Part shown: positions 13,490-27,199 of the stretch, piece by piece
Layout of the letters: every line of letters starts with the position of its first letter
How positions within the stretch are numbered: the first letter of the stretch is position 1
Source: the human T2T-CHM13v2.0 reference genome, Homo sapiens
Assembly: GCF_009914755.1 (NCBI RefSeq)
Contig: NC_060928.1
Strand: one strand, 5' to 3'
DNA: 64,000 nt
The notes under the pieces: model-generated
Told to the model about the DNA's origin: nothing
Seen by the model: only the letters and a program-made list of their open reading frames with translations
Database searches by the model: none
Program-made: the position numbers and the translations under genes

Positions 13490-15966
13490 TGTATTAGTCC
13501 ATTCTCGCATTACTGGGTAATGTGATAATGACTCAGCCTTTTTCTTACAAATTACCCAGTCTCTGGTTTGGAGACTGAAAAATTTATTTTGTTTGAAAAA
13601 GGTTTAATTGGCTCATGATTCTGAAGGTTATACAGAAAGCATGGTAGCATCTACTTCTGAGGAAGTCTCGGGAAGTTTCCAATCATGTCAGAAAGCAAAG
13701 GGGGAGCAGGAACATCACATGGTGAAGCAGGAACAAGAGAGGGTGGGTAGGTGCTACACACTTTTAAATGACCAGATCGCATGAGAACTCACTCACTGTC
13801 AATAGTTTACCAAAGTGCTAAACTATTAATGAGAAATTTACCTGCATGACTCAATTACCTCCCACCAGGCCCCAACACCAACACTGCAGATTACATTTTA
13901 ATATGAAGTTTGGGTGGAAACACACATCCTAACTATATGATTCCATCCCTGGATCCTACCAAATCTCATATCCTTCTCACATTGCAAAATACAATCATGC
14001 CTTCCCAATAATCCCCAAAGTCTTAACTCATTCCAGTATTAATTCAAAGGTCCAAAGTCCAAAGTCTCATCTGAGACAAGGCGAGTTTGTTCTACTTATG
14101 AGCCTGTAAAATCAAAAACAAGTTAGCTACTCCCAAGAAACAATGGGATTATAGACATTGGGTAAATAATTCCATTCCAAATGGGAGAAATCAGCCAAAG
14201 GAAAGGGGCTACAGGCTGCACACAAGTTTGAAACCCAGCAGGGCAGTCATTGAATCTTAAACCTCCAAAATAATCTCCTTTGACTCTATGTTCCAAATCC
14301 AGGACACATTGGTGTGAGGGGTGGGCTTCCAAGGCCTTGGGCAGCTCCACCCTGGTGGTTTTGCAGGGTTAAGTTCCCACAGCTGCTCTCATGGGTTGGC
14401 ATTAAGTGCCTGTGGCTTTTTCAGATGCAGGGTGCAAACTGTCAGTGGATCTACCACTCCGGGGTTTGGAGGACAGTGGCCATCTTATCACAGCTCCACT
14501 AGGCAGTGCTTCATCAGGGACTCCGTGTAGGGGCTCAAATACCACATTTCCCTTCTGAACTTCACTAGTAGATTATCTCTGTGAGGGCTACTCCCCTGCA
14601 GCAAGCTTCTCTCTGGGCACCTAGGTTTTTCCATACATCCTCTGAAATCTAGGTGAACATTCCCAAGCCTCTTTCACTCTTGTATTCTGGAAACCTGCTA
14701 GCTTGAATCCACATGGAAGTCACCAGGCTTACACCTTGCTACCTCTGAAGCTGTGGTGTGAACTGTACCTGGGCCCCTTTGAACTACAGCTGTGGCTGGA
14801 GTGGCCAGGATGTAGGGAGCTATGTCCTGAGGCTGTGCAGGGCTGCATAGCCCTAGGCCTGGTCACAAAACCATTCTGTCATCTTAAACTTCAGGGCCTG
14901 TGATGGGAGGTGCTGCCTCTTAGATCCCTGAAATGCCTTTGAGGCCTTTTTCTCCATTGTCTAGGCTATTACTACCTGTCGTTTTTTTACTTATGTAAAT
15001 TTTTCAGGCAAGTGGTTACTCAGCACCTGCCTGAAAATGGGCTTTTCTTTTTCTACCACATAGCCAGGCTGCAATTTTTCCAAATTTTTATGCTGTGTTT
15101 CCCTTTTAAATATGTTTCAGCTCTAAATCATTTCTTTGCTCCCACATGTGAGCATAGGATTTTAGAAGCAGCCAGGCCACATGTTGAATGTTTTGTTGCT
15201 TAGAAATTTCTTCCACCATATACCCTACATGATCACTCTCAAGTTCAAGGATCCACAGATCCCTAAGGCAGGGGCACAACGCAGCCTGTTCTTTGCTAAG
15301 GCATTTCAAAAGTGACATTTTCTCCAGTTCCCAATAAGTTTTCTATTTCCATTCAAGACATCTTCAGCCTGGACTTCATTGTCCATATCATTATCAGCAT
15401 TTTCGTCACAAACATTTAACCATTTAATATTTAGGAAGTTCCAAACTCTCCCTCACCTTTCTATCTTCTTCTGAGCCTTGCAAACTCTTTCAACCTCTGC
15501 CTGCTGCCTAATTCCAAAGTTGCTTCCACATTTTCAAGTATGTTTATAAAAATATCCCACTCTCAGTACCAATTTTCTGTATTATTCTATTCTCACATTG
15601 CTATGAAAATACTTGAAACTGGATACTTCATAAGAAAGGAGGTTTAATTGGCTCACAATTCTGCAGGCTGTACAGAAAGCATAGCCGCATTTGCTGCTGG
15701 GGAGGCCTCAGGAAGATTCTAATTGTGGCAGAAGCAGGCACATCACATGGTGAAAGCAGGAACAAGAGAGAGAGAGGGCAAGTGCTACACACTTTAAAAG
15801 AAAAGATGTCACAAGAACTCACTCACTCTCATGAGGATGGTACCAAGGTGTTAACCCATTGATGAAAAATCCACTCCATAATCCAGTCACCTCTCATTAG
15901 GCCCCACCACCAACATTGGGAGTAACATTTGAGATTTGGGCGGGAACACACATCCAAAGTATATGA
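13490..15966 (-). mobile_element. MSTA-type MaLR element, complete LTR-internal-LTR
   Basis: LTRs at 13490-13940 and 15578-15966 (tgtatta…ggtttaattggctca…cacatcc…tatatga) flanking a ~1.64 kb MST/THE1-like internal region (aaagtcttaactcattccag, gggcagctccaccc). Confidence 0.92.
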
Positions 15967-17034
15967 GTAAAATTTCAATTTTTAAAAAAAATTTATTGAG
16001 ACTGGCTTTATGGCCAGGCGTGTGACTGTTCTTGAAGTGTGTCCCATGTGATGATGAGAAGAATGCATATTTATGGTTGATGGGTGAAGTATTCTGTAGA
16101 TGTCTATTAGGTCCAAATGATCAAGTGTTGAATTTAAGTCCAGAATTTCTTTGTTAGTTTTCTACCTCAATGATCTAATACTCTCAGTGGTGTGTTGAAG
16201 ACCCCCCACTATTATTGTGTGGCTGTCTAAGTATTTTTGTAGGTCTAGAAGTACTTTCCAAAAATAAATCTGGGTGCACCATTGTTGGGTACATATATAT
16301 TTAGGATACTTAAGGTTTCCTGTTTAACTGAACCCTGTATTATTATGTAATGCCCTACTTTATCCTTTTTTTACTGTTGTTGGTTTAAAGTCTGTTTTAT
16401 CTGATACAAGAAGAACAACGCTTGCTATTTTTTTTCCATTTCCAATTTGCATAATTGAATTCTCTAACCTTTTTCTTTGAGGTTGTCTAATGTGTGAGAT
16501 GGAGCTCTTGAAGACAGCCGATGGATTGGTCTTATTTATTTATCCAAATTGCCACTCTGTGGCTTTTAATTGGGGTGTTTAGACCATTTATATTCAAGGT
16601 TAATATTGATATGTGAGGTTTTGATCCTATCATGAAGTTGTTCACTGGTTGCTTTGTAGTTTCCCTTGTGTGGTTGCTTTATAAGATCTGTGGGCTATGT
16701 ACTTAAGTGTGATTCATCTCAGCAGGTATCATTCTTTCATTTCCATGTTTAGAACTCCCTTAAGGATCTCTTGTAAGATTGATCTAGTGGCAGTGAATGT
16801 CCTTAGCACTTATTTGTTTGGGAAAGATTTTATTTTTCCTTTGCTTATGGAGCTTAGTTTGTTGGGATGTGAAATTCTTGGTTGGAATTTATTTTCTGTA
16901 AGATTGCTGAAAATAGGTCCGCAACATCTCCTGTCTCATAAGGTTCCTGTTGTGGAGTCTGCTGTTAGCCTGATGTGATTCCTTTTGTATGTGATCTGAC
17001 CTTTTTCTGTAGCCACCTTTAAGATATTTTCTTT

Positions 17035-17359
<325 letters not shown>

Positions 17360-18599
17360 TAGCTTTTACCTTGGGTAGTCTAGTGACTGTATGCCTAGGT
17401 GATGCTTGCTTTATACAGTATCTTGCAGGTGTTCTCTGGATTTCTTGTTTCTGAATGTCTACGTTTGTAGTGAGATAAGGAAAATTTTCTTGAATTATTT
17501 TTTCAAATTCATTTTCCAGGTTGTTTTATTTTTCTTTCTCAGGAATGCCAATAATTTGTAGGTTTGATCATTTTATATAATCTCATATTATGGACTTGGT
17601 TTATTCCTCTTAAGACTCTTTTGTTAATTTTGTCTAACTCAGTTAGTTTGAAAAACCAATCTTCAAGCTCTGGAATTATTTCTTCTGCTTGGTCCAGTCT
17701 ATTCATAAAGCTTTGATTCCATTTTGAAATTCTTTAAGTGAGTTTCTAAATTCTAGAAGCTCTGATTGATTTTTAAATGTGTTTATCTCTTCCTTCATTT
17801 CCTGTACTGCTTTAGAAGTCTCTTTGTGTTGATTTTCATCATTGTCTTGGATCTCAGCGTCTCTTGCAATCCATGGTTTGAATTCTTTCTTTGTCATTTC
17901 CATTTTGGTTAAGGACAATTGATGGGGACCTAGTGTGATCCTTTGATGGTATCACTACAACCAGATTTTTCATTGTGCTAGAATTCTTGCTCCAACTTCT
18001 TCTCATCTGGAAATCCTGGCATTTCTAATTTTATAATTAATTTTATGTTGTTAGGGTGTTTTCCTTTTTTTTCTTTTTCTATGCTATTGTTTTTTTTCTT
18101 TTCCCTTCCCCTCTCCCCAGTGGTTGTAAATTTAGAGAATCCTGGGTAAAATTCTTTGCTACTATAGCCCTAAGCACTTTTGTCAGAAGGTTTTATGTTG
18201 GGCTGTGCAGTTTGACTTACAAGCCAGTAGATGATCCTCATGGGTAAGAGCTGGTTGCAGCCAATGTGGTGGAGCATATATTTGATCTTGAGATCAAGAT
18301 ATGAGATCTATTTACTGAGAGAAGCTCTCTTTTGCCCCAGGCAATAGGGTGATTTGTGGAGCACAGAGCAGTCTGAGCTCTCTCTACAGCCCAGGGGGCC
18401 AGGGACAAGATGGGCAGGGCTGGACTGGGCAGGTGCACCTACAGGTCCCTCAATGGCAGGCACAAGCATCAGCACTGAGGAGGAATCTAGTGGATGGCCA
18501 CCAAGTGCCCAGAGGTGTGCCTAGGCATGGAGCTGGGAAACCCCCTATATGTCAACTTCTCTTTATGGGGATGAGAGGTGGCCTAAACTTCTAATCCAG

Positions 18600-19110
18600 G
18601 AGAGTGGGTGCTCCAGATACCTGGAGATCTGCCTGGGTGTGGAGTGGAGAGGGTCTCCCTGTACCAGAATCTTTACACAGGAAGGGTGGAGTGAGTCAGG
18701 CTGCTAAACCAGGCAAGCAGGTGCTCTGAATGCCTGGAAATAAGCCTAGGTGTAAAGCAAAGAGGGAGCTCCTGTGTAGGAAATGTGGGGCAACTCAGTT
18801 TGCAAGTCCATGAGAGTGGCTGCTCCAAATGCTTAGAGATCTGCTTATACGTGGAGCAGAGAGGGCCCCATTACAACATGATCTATGCACAAGAAGGGTG
18901 GGGCAGATCAGGGTGCTGATCCAGGTGAGGGGTTACTCTGAATACCTGAAGATATGCCTGGGCATGCAACAGGGAGGGCCCTGTTGCACCATGATCTATG
19001 TCTACGAAGGGTGGTGGCTCAGGCTGCTGGTGTAGGCAAGCAGATGCTCCTGTATGCCTGCATTTCTGCCTGGGGGTGGAACAGAGAGGGTCCCACTGCA
19101 CCGCAGTCTC
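18600..19110 (-). repeat. About five degenerate ~110-bp tandem units in the L1 5' UTR
   Basis: Recurring g(g/c)tgctc..(a)atgcctggagat.tgcctggg...gagaggg motif starting near 18602, 18715, 18813, 18927 and 19039. Confidence 0.75.
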
Positions 19111-20699
19111 TGGGGAGCAGGACCCAGAATGACACATGCAGGCTGGTTCCAGGTATCCTAACTGGCCCTGGTTGCAAGTCTTGTCATCCAGGAGAAACTG
19201 CAGCTGAAGCAGCTCTCTTCATGTCCCAAGCCTGCAACGGGGAAGGACACAGTTCCAGTGTCTACCTCTGAGATGCTTTCCATAGTTCTGGCTTTGGAAG
19301 CCCCTACCTCACTCCAGAGCAGGTGTTCCAATCTCTGACCCAAAACTAAAATCCCTGCATGGCGACACTGCTGGGCCTCAAAAGAATGGCTGACTTTGTA
19401 TGTACCTGGATTAAAAATGGCGTTCTACTCTTGGTCTTGGGTCTGGATAAATGCCTGCAGATTTTCCTGAGGTCTTTCTCTCACAGCATCTTCATCTCTC
19501 TCCCCAAATTATCTCCAGGGTTTGGGAGAAGCAAAATGTTCTCCCTTGGCCTGAGTTGCTCAGATCCCCAGTGGAAAGGTGAGTCACAGAGGAGGCTCTC
19601 TGCCTTTCTCACATACTGGGGCTTCCCTCACTTTTATCAGCTGGATGCTGTCATGGGGGCTGTTTGCCCATGGTCTCCTCCCTGTGATCTTGGGTGTCCT
19701 TCATGATTCCAGTGGGTTTCCATTTTTCTTCCTGAATTAAAGCTCATAGAGTTTATCTTTATGCACTATCTTGCTATTTCCAAGTGGCTGAGGCACACTA
19801 AAAGCCTCTAATCTGCCACCTTAGAAAAAAAAATCATAATTTCTTAACCTATTTTGAAACTAGCCATTGATTCTGCAAAATCAAAATGGCGAGAAGTAAA
19901 CTATAATTTTCCAAAATTCTTTGTACATTACTTATTATATGAAGTGAAGTCTTAACATATTTTTCAACTGTAATATTCAGTGTTAAAATATTTATTCTGT
20001 TTGGTCTCAAATATTTATAAACCATATTCTAACTTAAGTATCCTTGACTAAATTAGGATCATACAGTTGAAATATTAAACATAATCACATAAAGCTTAAT
20101 AGCGGTAAGTTATTTCATTTGTGGTTGATAAAATTCCTGATGTATTTATTCTTTAATTCTCATTGTGGTATGGTAAAAAAAAATAAAAGGGTGTGAAGAA
20201 AAACAAACTTTCTCAAAAATTTTCAATGGATTATATCTATGAAAAAAGATTAATTGGCTCTCTAGTAATGACAATTTGAAGAGAACCAGAAAAGACAATA
20301 GTGAGACCTAGATCCCTAGATCTTGCAGAAAAAGCAGCCGTAGGCTAGAAAGCGGGAATAAAAGCTGATGACAGAGGGTAGAATATTTACAGAACTACAT
20401 CATGACCTCAGGGAAAATATAGATATAGGTTATATGGTTTCAATAGATAGAATAAAATGAGGATACAGACACAGCTGACTATACCAGTTTAATTATCAAA
20501 TGCTGAGATATAGCTCTGTGAAGGTCCACTGGGTCTGTTTTTACATCATGCTCATCATGTTTAGCTATACCTAATTTTCACTGAATTTTAAAAATTCTGC
20601 TGGGCTTGATTTGTAACTGATTAATCCAGCTCATTAATATTTAAGAATCTAACATTAGTAATATAAATTTGGCATATTAAAAATGATACCAACTACCTT

Positions 20700-20900
20700 T
20701 TATTATGTGCTTAGACTGTTTCAGGCTCTGTGCTAAGAGATACTAGTCAGACATCACAAGAAACCTGAGATAGGTGTTGTGATGGTCACCACTGTTGAGT
20801 GGAAAGTACTAATAAGACTCAGACAGTGAAAGTGACTTGGCCAAGGACTGTCAGTAAGTAGGGAGTGAACAGGGGGCCAAACCCCAGATATCTGACTGGA
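20700..20900 (-). mobile_element. MIR SINE
   Basis: caggctctgtgctaag…gactcagacagtgaaagtgacttggccaagg…aaccccagatatctgact. Confidence 0.7.
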
Positions 20901-21520
20901 ATTGAAGCTTGTTTTTAAACTTCTAGATATAATATCTCATCCCATGCCTCATGGACAAAGTTCAGAAGGTGTAAGTGAGGACTACATTGCAAGTAAGGAT
21001 CTGTGAGTGTGAGAGAATAGAGATGAGTTATAGGTAAACAGAAAAGAGTGATATGTTCATGTTGGATTAGTCCCAATGACATTTCTACTATCTACTTGTG
21101 AGTTATCTCTTCGTTGTTGGGAATACACAGGGGAAGGGTAGGATATAGATGGAGCAAAGGTATAGGACCCCTCAATCATATACTTTGGGATGAGGCTGAA
21201 TTTTCATAGTGAAAGAACATTCCTTTTGTGTTGGGATCCAAGGGTTAGAACAGAAGGACTATTTTAGACAAATTCACCACTGGAGATTAACTGGCCACAG
21301 AAGACCTATCAATTAGCCCGTGTTCAAGTATCGCGCTTGAAACACCAATAGCCTGGGCAGAGTGTCAACCTCAAGTCTAGTTACACTGACAATTCAAACA
21401 TACCAACCAGCTCAGATATACCACCCAGAACAAATTATGTCCTATATACAGTGGCCATTCCACAGGAGGTACTAATTATTTACTGATTACCATGGGAGTT
21501 TCTTGTATACACCAAATTAC

Positions 21521-21599
21521 TGTGTGTGTGTGTGTGTTTGTGTGTGCGCGTGTGTGTGTGGGGGGGTGGGGTGTGTGTGGGGGGGTGGGGTGTGTGTGT
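21521..21599. repeat. (TG)n microsatellite with embedded G-tracts
   Basis: Read directly. Confidence 0.9.
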
Positions 21600-22112
21600 T
21601 TCAGGGGAGGGATATTGGCCTGATAGGTTTCAGCTTGCTACTTTCCATTATCTACCTTACTAAACACTTAATGTATGTTATCACAAGTATCTTCAGGACA
21701 GAATTTTTCACTTCATAGTCATCACATCAATTAATGCATGTGCCTGTTAACTTATAAATATTAATACTGACAAATGATAGACAGTTCTACAAGAAACATA
21801 TGCATGTTTAGAAGTTATTTGCTTTATTTATAAGAAATTGATCCCAGTATTTCTATAATATATATTTTTAAGCATACTATTTGTTTTAATCTTTATATAA
21901 TGTACAAATGTAGTAAAAATAGCATTCATTTCCAAATGTATCACAGTGATAGACAAGATAATATATTTATAGACACTGAAAATAAACACATACAAAAAAT
22001 AACAAATAACAAAAAGCTGAATGCTCCTTCCAGAGCTTAAACATTGGTCTCACTGTAAGTTGCACCTGAAAAGGATAAGTTGGCCAACTGTGGTTACAAT
22101 AAAATTGATAAG

Positions 22113-22221
22113 TCGAAAAAGAAAGAAAAAGGAAAGAAGAAAGGAAGGGAGGATGAAACAAAGGGATAGATTGAAGAAGGAGAAGAAAAGAGGGGAAAAG
22201 AGGAAGAATATATATATATAT
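22113..22221. repeat. Purine-rich low-complexity tract followed by (TA)n
   Basis: gaaaaagaaagaaaaaggaaagaagaaaggaagggagg…tatatatata. Confidence 0.8.
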
Positions 22222-22385
22222 ATTTTTTTTTTTTTCAAAGTAGTGGTTTTTCTCTGTCACCCAGGCTAGAGTGCAGTGTCATGATCATAGTTCATGGAAG
22301 TCTGGAACTCCTGGGCTAAAGGGTTCTTCCACCTTAACCTCTTGAGTTGCTGGGATAACAGTCATGAGCCACAATGCTCGGCTAA
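22222..22385 (-). mobile_element. Alu monomer (FRAM/FLAM-like)
   Basis: Single arm ctctgtcacccaggctagagtgcagtg…gagccacaatgctcggctaa with poly-T; flanks share gaatatat. Confidence 0.85.
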
Positions 22386-24159
22386 TGAATATATTTTGTA
22401 ACATTTAAGATTTGCTTAGATTCTGCACATTATGTCAGAATGACATATTTTATGCTTATCCCTGTGCATGAAACACTAGGGAACCTTGTTAAGTTTGCAT
22501 AATCAAGATTACTGGAAGTTTATATTAAACATGAGTAAAAGTGAAGATATGAAGAGACTACTAAAAAGGGATTTTTTTTTTCAGGAAGCAGAAAGCCTTA
22601 GAGAAACAACTTGAGTTTATACTGTGATTAGAATTGGAGAATATAACATTGGAAGTGGCAGGCTTAAGTGTCGAGTTTCAGATTTTCACTTAAATAAATA
22701 TTTAGAATGTACTTGTGCTTTTGAATGAATTTTTTTTATCATCATGGAAACATTTTTTTTTAAGAAAAAAAGCATATCTTCTAATTTAGAAACAATGTTA
22801 ATATGTAGTATAAATATGCAAGCTACATTTTTAATGATTTTAAAGTTCAAAATAGATAATCTAAACCACTCTCAGCAGGTGTGTGAAGAAAGTCTAACAT
22901 TCTATAAATAAATTTCTATTGATCTGCTGATTTTCATAGAATTATCAGAATTACTCCACTGCTTGAAATTTAATATATTAGCAAGTTGTCTCTGTCACTG
23001 TCTTTATATTTGGCAACATTATTTTGAAACTATAGTAAGCTAAAAGTTATAGCATTGTTTTACATGTAGAATACTGCATTTTTCTCTTCCTCAGAGTTCA
23101 ATAATTCATTAATGAAGCAATTGAATTTATGTGAGCATAAAAGCAATATTCCAAATACCTTACAATTTGAAGGTAAACTAAAAAATTTTTGAAATCTTTG
23201 CTTTTAGGAATCTTTATGAATAGGATAAACAAGTCTCTACCTTAATTCCTTTAGGGAGTTACATTCATTTGATAGGATTTACAACAGTTACAATAAGATT
23301 AACAACTCTCTTTTTGGTTAGAGTTGTTTATCCTATTGTAGCTGTTGTAAATCCTGTCAAATTTACCTTGATAAGTTTAAATCCATGGAAGTTAGATTTT
23401 GAAACCCTAAACTTTTCTCATTTCTATAATTTAATTGGCATCAGATGTATTTTAATGGAATTTTTAGTCCCTCCATTATTATATAGAAAAATATGTTATT
23501 CAAACTTTCCTTAACCATGCAATTTCACAGTAACAATGACGCAATTTACCCTTTCTTTTTCTCCTAAAGAGAAGGAGGAAAATAACCTCTCAGAAAGAAG
23601 AATATAATTAATATAATTCTATGTTGCTCAATGATTTGCAGAAGTGGTTGGAAACAGTATTCTGGAGTAATAACTTCTTTCCCCAAAATCTTTAGTTTGG
23701 CACAGCAGTGTCGATGCCTCAGGGCTTCTAAAAATATTCACTTGTGCAAATGATCCACCCAGGTTCTTTGGAGCTAAATAATTATCTCCAACTAGAGGTT
23801 ATTGTTTCTTCAAACAAAATATTGAGACACAAATTAATAAAATCTTACATCCATCCTATAACAGACACAGAAGCAAATAGTAACAACAACAACAAACACC
23901 CATGGTTTCAGTTCTGTTCCTGTTGTGAAAGACACCATAACCCCCAAAGCCACAATTCATTTATCTGTTTACCTAATCATTAAAAAATGTTTATTAAATT
24001 TCTTACAATCATATAATATTGCTCTTGTCATTGTCAGGGGAAGGTGTTGAGAAGAAACCCAGCAATCCTCAATTTTGTGTTGTAATTTGGGAATGAAAAT
24101 AAGGACACACACTTTTGGTTATTGTAAAAAAAAAAAAGTGAAAGATGAAAAGGACAATA

Positions 24160-24530
24160 TATTCAACAAATACTTATTAAGAGCCTGCTACATGTCAGAC
24201 AGTGTTTTAGGTACTCAAGATAGATCAGTTACTCAGACAAATCCCTGCCCTGTGGAATTTATATTCTAGGGAGGCAGGCAGAGCACATTACTATATTACT
24301 ATATAATATTACTATAGCATATTAAAAGATAAGCCTTTCATGAAAACACATAAGCAAAGAAGTGGAACATAATAAAATATTGGGAGTGTTGGGAGAAAGA
24401 CTGCACTTTAAATATAGTGATCAGGGTAGAGTGAAGTGCATTTGGAGGATGAAGTTCACCATGGACTTGAGCAGTAGCTTAGAGGAGGAGGTAGAGCCAA
24501 AGCTGGATAGGGATTTGATGTGTAGATAAA
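24160..24530 (-). mobile_element. L2 3' end
   Basis: attcaacaaatacttattaagagcctgctacatgtcagacagtgttttagg is the antisense L2 tail. Confidence 0.75.
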
Positions 24531-24542
24531 GGAGAGAGGGCT

Positions 24543-24841
<299 letters not shown>

Positions 24842-25948
24842 AGGAGAGAGGGCTCCTTTCTAGGATATGAACAGTAGAGAGTGTTGTAAATAAGAAGTAT
24901 TTGAATTTTCCTATTGAAACTTTGATAAAGCAGTGATTGTCAAATAAATTTTTAAAAGTTCAGTTGCTTATAATAGGGCTCATGACTTACAAACAAGATA
25001 AAGTAGAAATGTATTAAGTTGAACACATGACTTAGACTCTGCCCAGATCAGTCTGATCCTAAGAAAGTTAGGGAGGCTCCTGCATTTCCAGGAAATTATC
25101 ACAGTCATGCTAGTTTAGGAATATGGATGCTGAGTAACCAAGACTCAAGGGTGAAGCAGTACATTTATGACAACATAACTACCCACTGAGTCTTGTTGTT
25201 CAATGCATGTGCTTGCAATTACATATAATCTTAAAATGAGAGAATATGCAGATAATTTTGAGGTCTCTGGGCCTGATGTTTCTTTTAAGTTGTTCATCAT
25301 TGGGTCTCCTCTTTTGACAAATAAGAACAGTATGGCTCAGATAAGTAACTTTGCCAAAACCAAAACTGCTAATGAATTTGGAATCAGAACTCACATTTAT
25401 TTCATCCCATTTCAAGGCTCGTAAAGTACAACAGCCTCTTAATTTTTTATGTACTCAAAAATATTTATTGAGAGCCTGCCATATGTAAGACACTTTGGCA
25501 GGATCAGGCAAGTCACCTATAATTCAAGAACACAGTCCTTGCTGTCATAGATCATCATTCAAGTGGAGAAAGGGAGGAGATGCTGATGTTCTCTATGTAG
25601 GAAGGGAAGAGATAATGACTAACAAACTGCTAGATAATGATAAGTGCTAACCAACATGAGGAAACTGAGAGTGATGAGCAGGTGTATTTTTATTAAGCAC
25701 TTATTTTGTGCCATGCATTGTTAAAATTGTTTTATATATACTATCTCATTTAACCATCAACTTTATGTTGAAGGGCTTGTTATAACATGTTATAATAATG
25801 TAAGGTGCAGGAAACCTAAGGTTATTTACATCATAGTCTTTAGAGCCAGAAGAGACACTGGAGCAAACAGGTTCCAAATCAAGCTTTTAAATTAACTTGC
25901 TATGCTGCTTTCAGAGAAGGCCACATATAAGCCAAGATTTGACCAAAG

Positions 25949-26166
25949 CAGGAGTCAGCCAACTATTGCCCATAGGCAAAAGTTTTTATCAATAAAGTTA
26001 TACAGGAACACAGCCATACTTACTTATTCACATATTGTCGGTTGTTGCTTTGAGGCTGCAGTAGCAGAGCTGAGTAGTTGTGGCAAAGACCCTCTGGCTC
26101 ACAGCTTTAAATATGTACTATCTGGCCTTTCACAGGAAACAAAAAAACACTTTTTACCAACTTCTG
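25949..26166. mobile_element. MER58A (hAT-Charlie) MITE
   Basis: caggagtcagccaactattgccca…aataaagttatacaggaacacagcca…gcagagctgagtagttgtggcaaagacc…tatctggcctttcacag…ccaacttctg with degenerate TIRs. Confidence 0.85.
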
Positions 26167-26455
26167 GATTAAAGTAAATGGTCAAGCCAGAAGACAAATA
26201 GATTTAAAAATAACAGGGGTGGAGAGGACAAGTGGAAAAGTCCTGAAATGGGACTGTGATGAACATACCCAAGGAGAAGCAATAGACCAGAGTGGCTGGA
26301 GCCAAATGAATGAGGTATTGTTGTAATGGTATCAAAGCAGTCAGGAGCTAGATCACCAAGGGACCTTGACAGCCCTGAAAAAGACATTGACCTTGATCCT
26401 GAGTAAGTTAGGAAGCCACTGAAAGATTGTCAGCACAGAAGTGACATGATTTGAT

Positions 26456-26872
26456 GTGCTGGACACTGGGATGTGCCTTCCAGACCCTCTTTAGGAGTGA
26501 CTGTGTTATTCCCTCAGGGAATGGGAATGCTAGCAGCAGAAAACCCTCAGCCATCAGTCCTCTCCTAGAATTGCCTTAACAAGAGAGTGACCTTGCCCAA
26601 GGCCGTGCCTCATTCCTGGGCCAGTCTGCAACAATGTCTGGTTGATATGCAGGTATGAAGCCTTAATCTTACTGCTCAAATTTGGAACAACTATGTAAGG
26701 CCACACCAATTTCAGAGCTCTCTGTGAGGTTGGTGGGGTCTTCACTGAGACTGCATTACAGCTCACCTTCTCCCTCTGCCCAATCTTGCTTCACTCTTGC
26801 ATAGGTGATAATCCCCAGGGCACTGTATTTATCTCTCTCATACTCATCTTCCCTGGGAAGCTGACTAGCAAC
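26456..26872 (+). mobile_element. LTR16-type ERVL solo LTR
   Basis: tgtgctggacactg…ccttgcccaagg…tcagagctctctgtgaggttgg…tctccctctgcccaatcttgcttc…gcaaca (TG…CA ends). Confidence 0.7.
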
Positions 26873-27199
26873 ATCTAGTTGCTTATGAAAATTACTACTA
26901 AATGCAAAGGACATTATAGGTGGGCAAGTATGCAAGGAGCAAAGATGAATAAAAATATTACAGTAGTTTCAGACAAAATATGATGATAGGTAGATCAAAG
27001 TATGGGATGAGATACTCAGAATACTCAGAATGTGCTGCAACAGGATCTGTAGGTGAATTGGAGGTGGGTGTGTGAGAAAGAGAGTCCGAGATCACTACAA
27101 GGTTTTCAGCCTAAGCAACTAACAGATGATCCAAATATGTCTGTTTTTTTGGGGGGATAGAATGAGCAAGTCAGTTAATAATGTGTTTGCTTTTTGGAC

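Noticed and set aside
18281-18310. Palindromic ttgatct-tg-agatcaa in the L1 5' region
   Set aside because: The 7-bp stem is too short to distinguish from chance without a consensus alignment.
18600-19110. Spaced repeats as a CRISPR-like array
   Set aside because: The units are whole degenerate tandem copies within an L1 5' UTR, with no constant repeat/unique spacer structure, in a primate genome.
23095-23130. 36-nt micro-exon candidate (ttctcttcctcag|…ttat|gtgagc)
   Set aside because: Mediocre donor, no recognisable peptide, and expected by chance in 64 kb of T-rich sequence.
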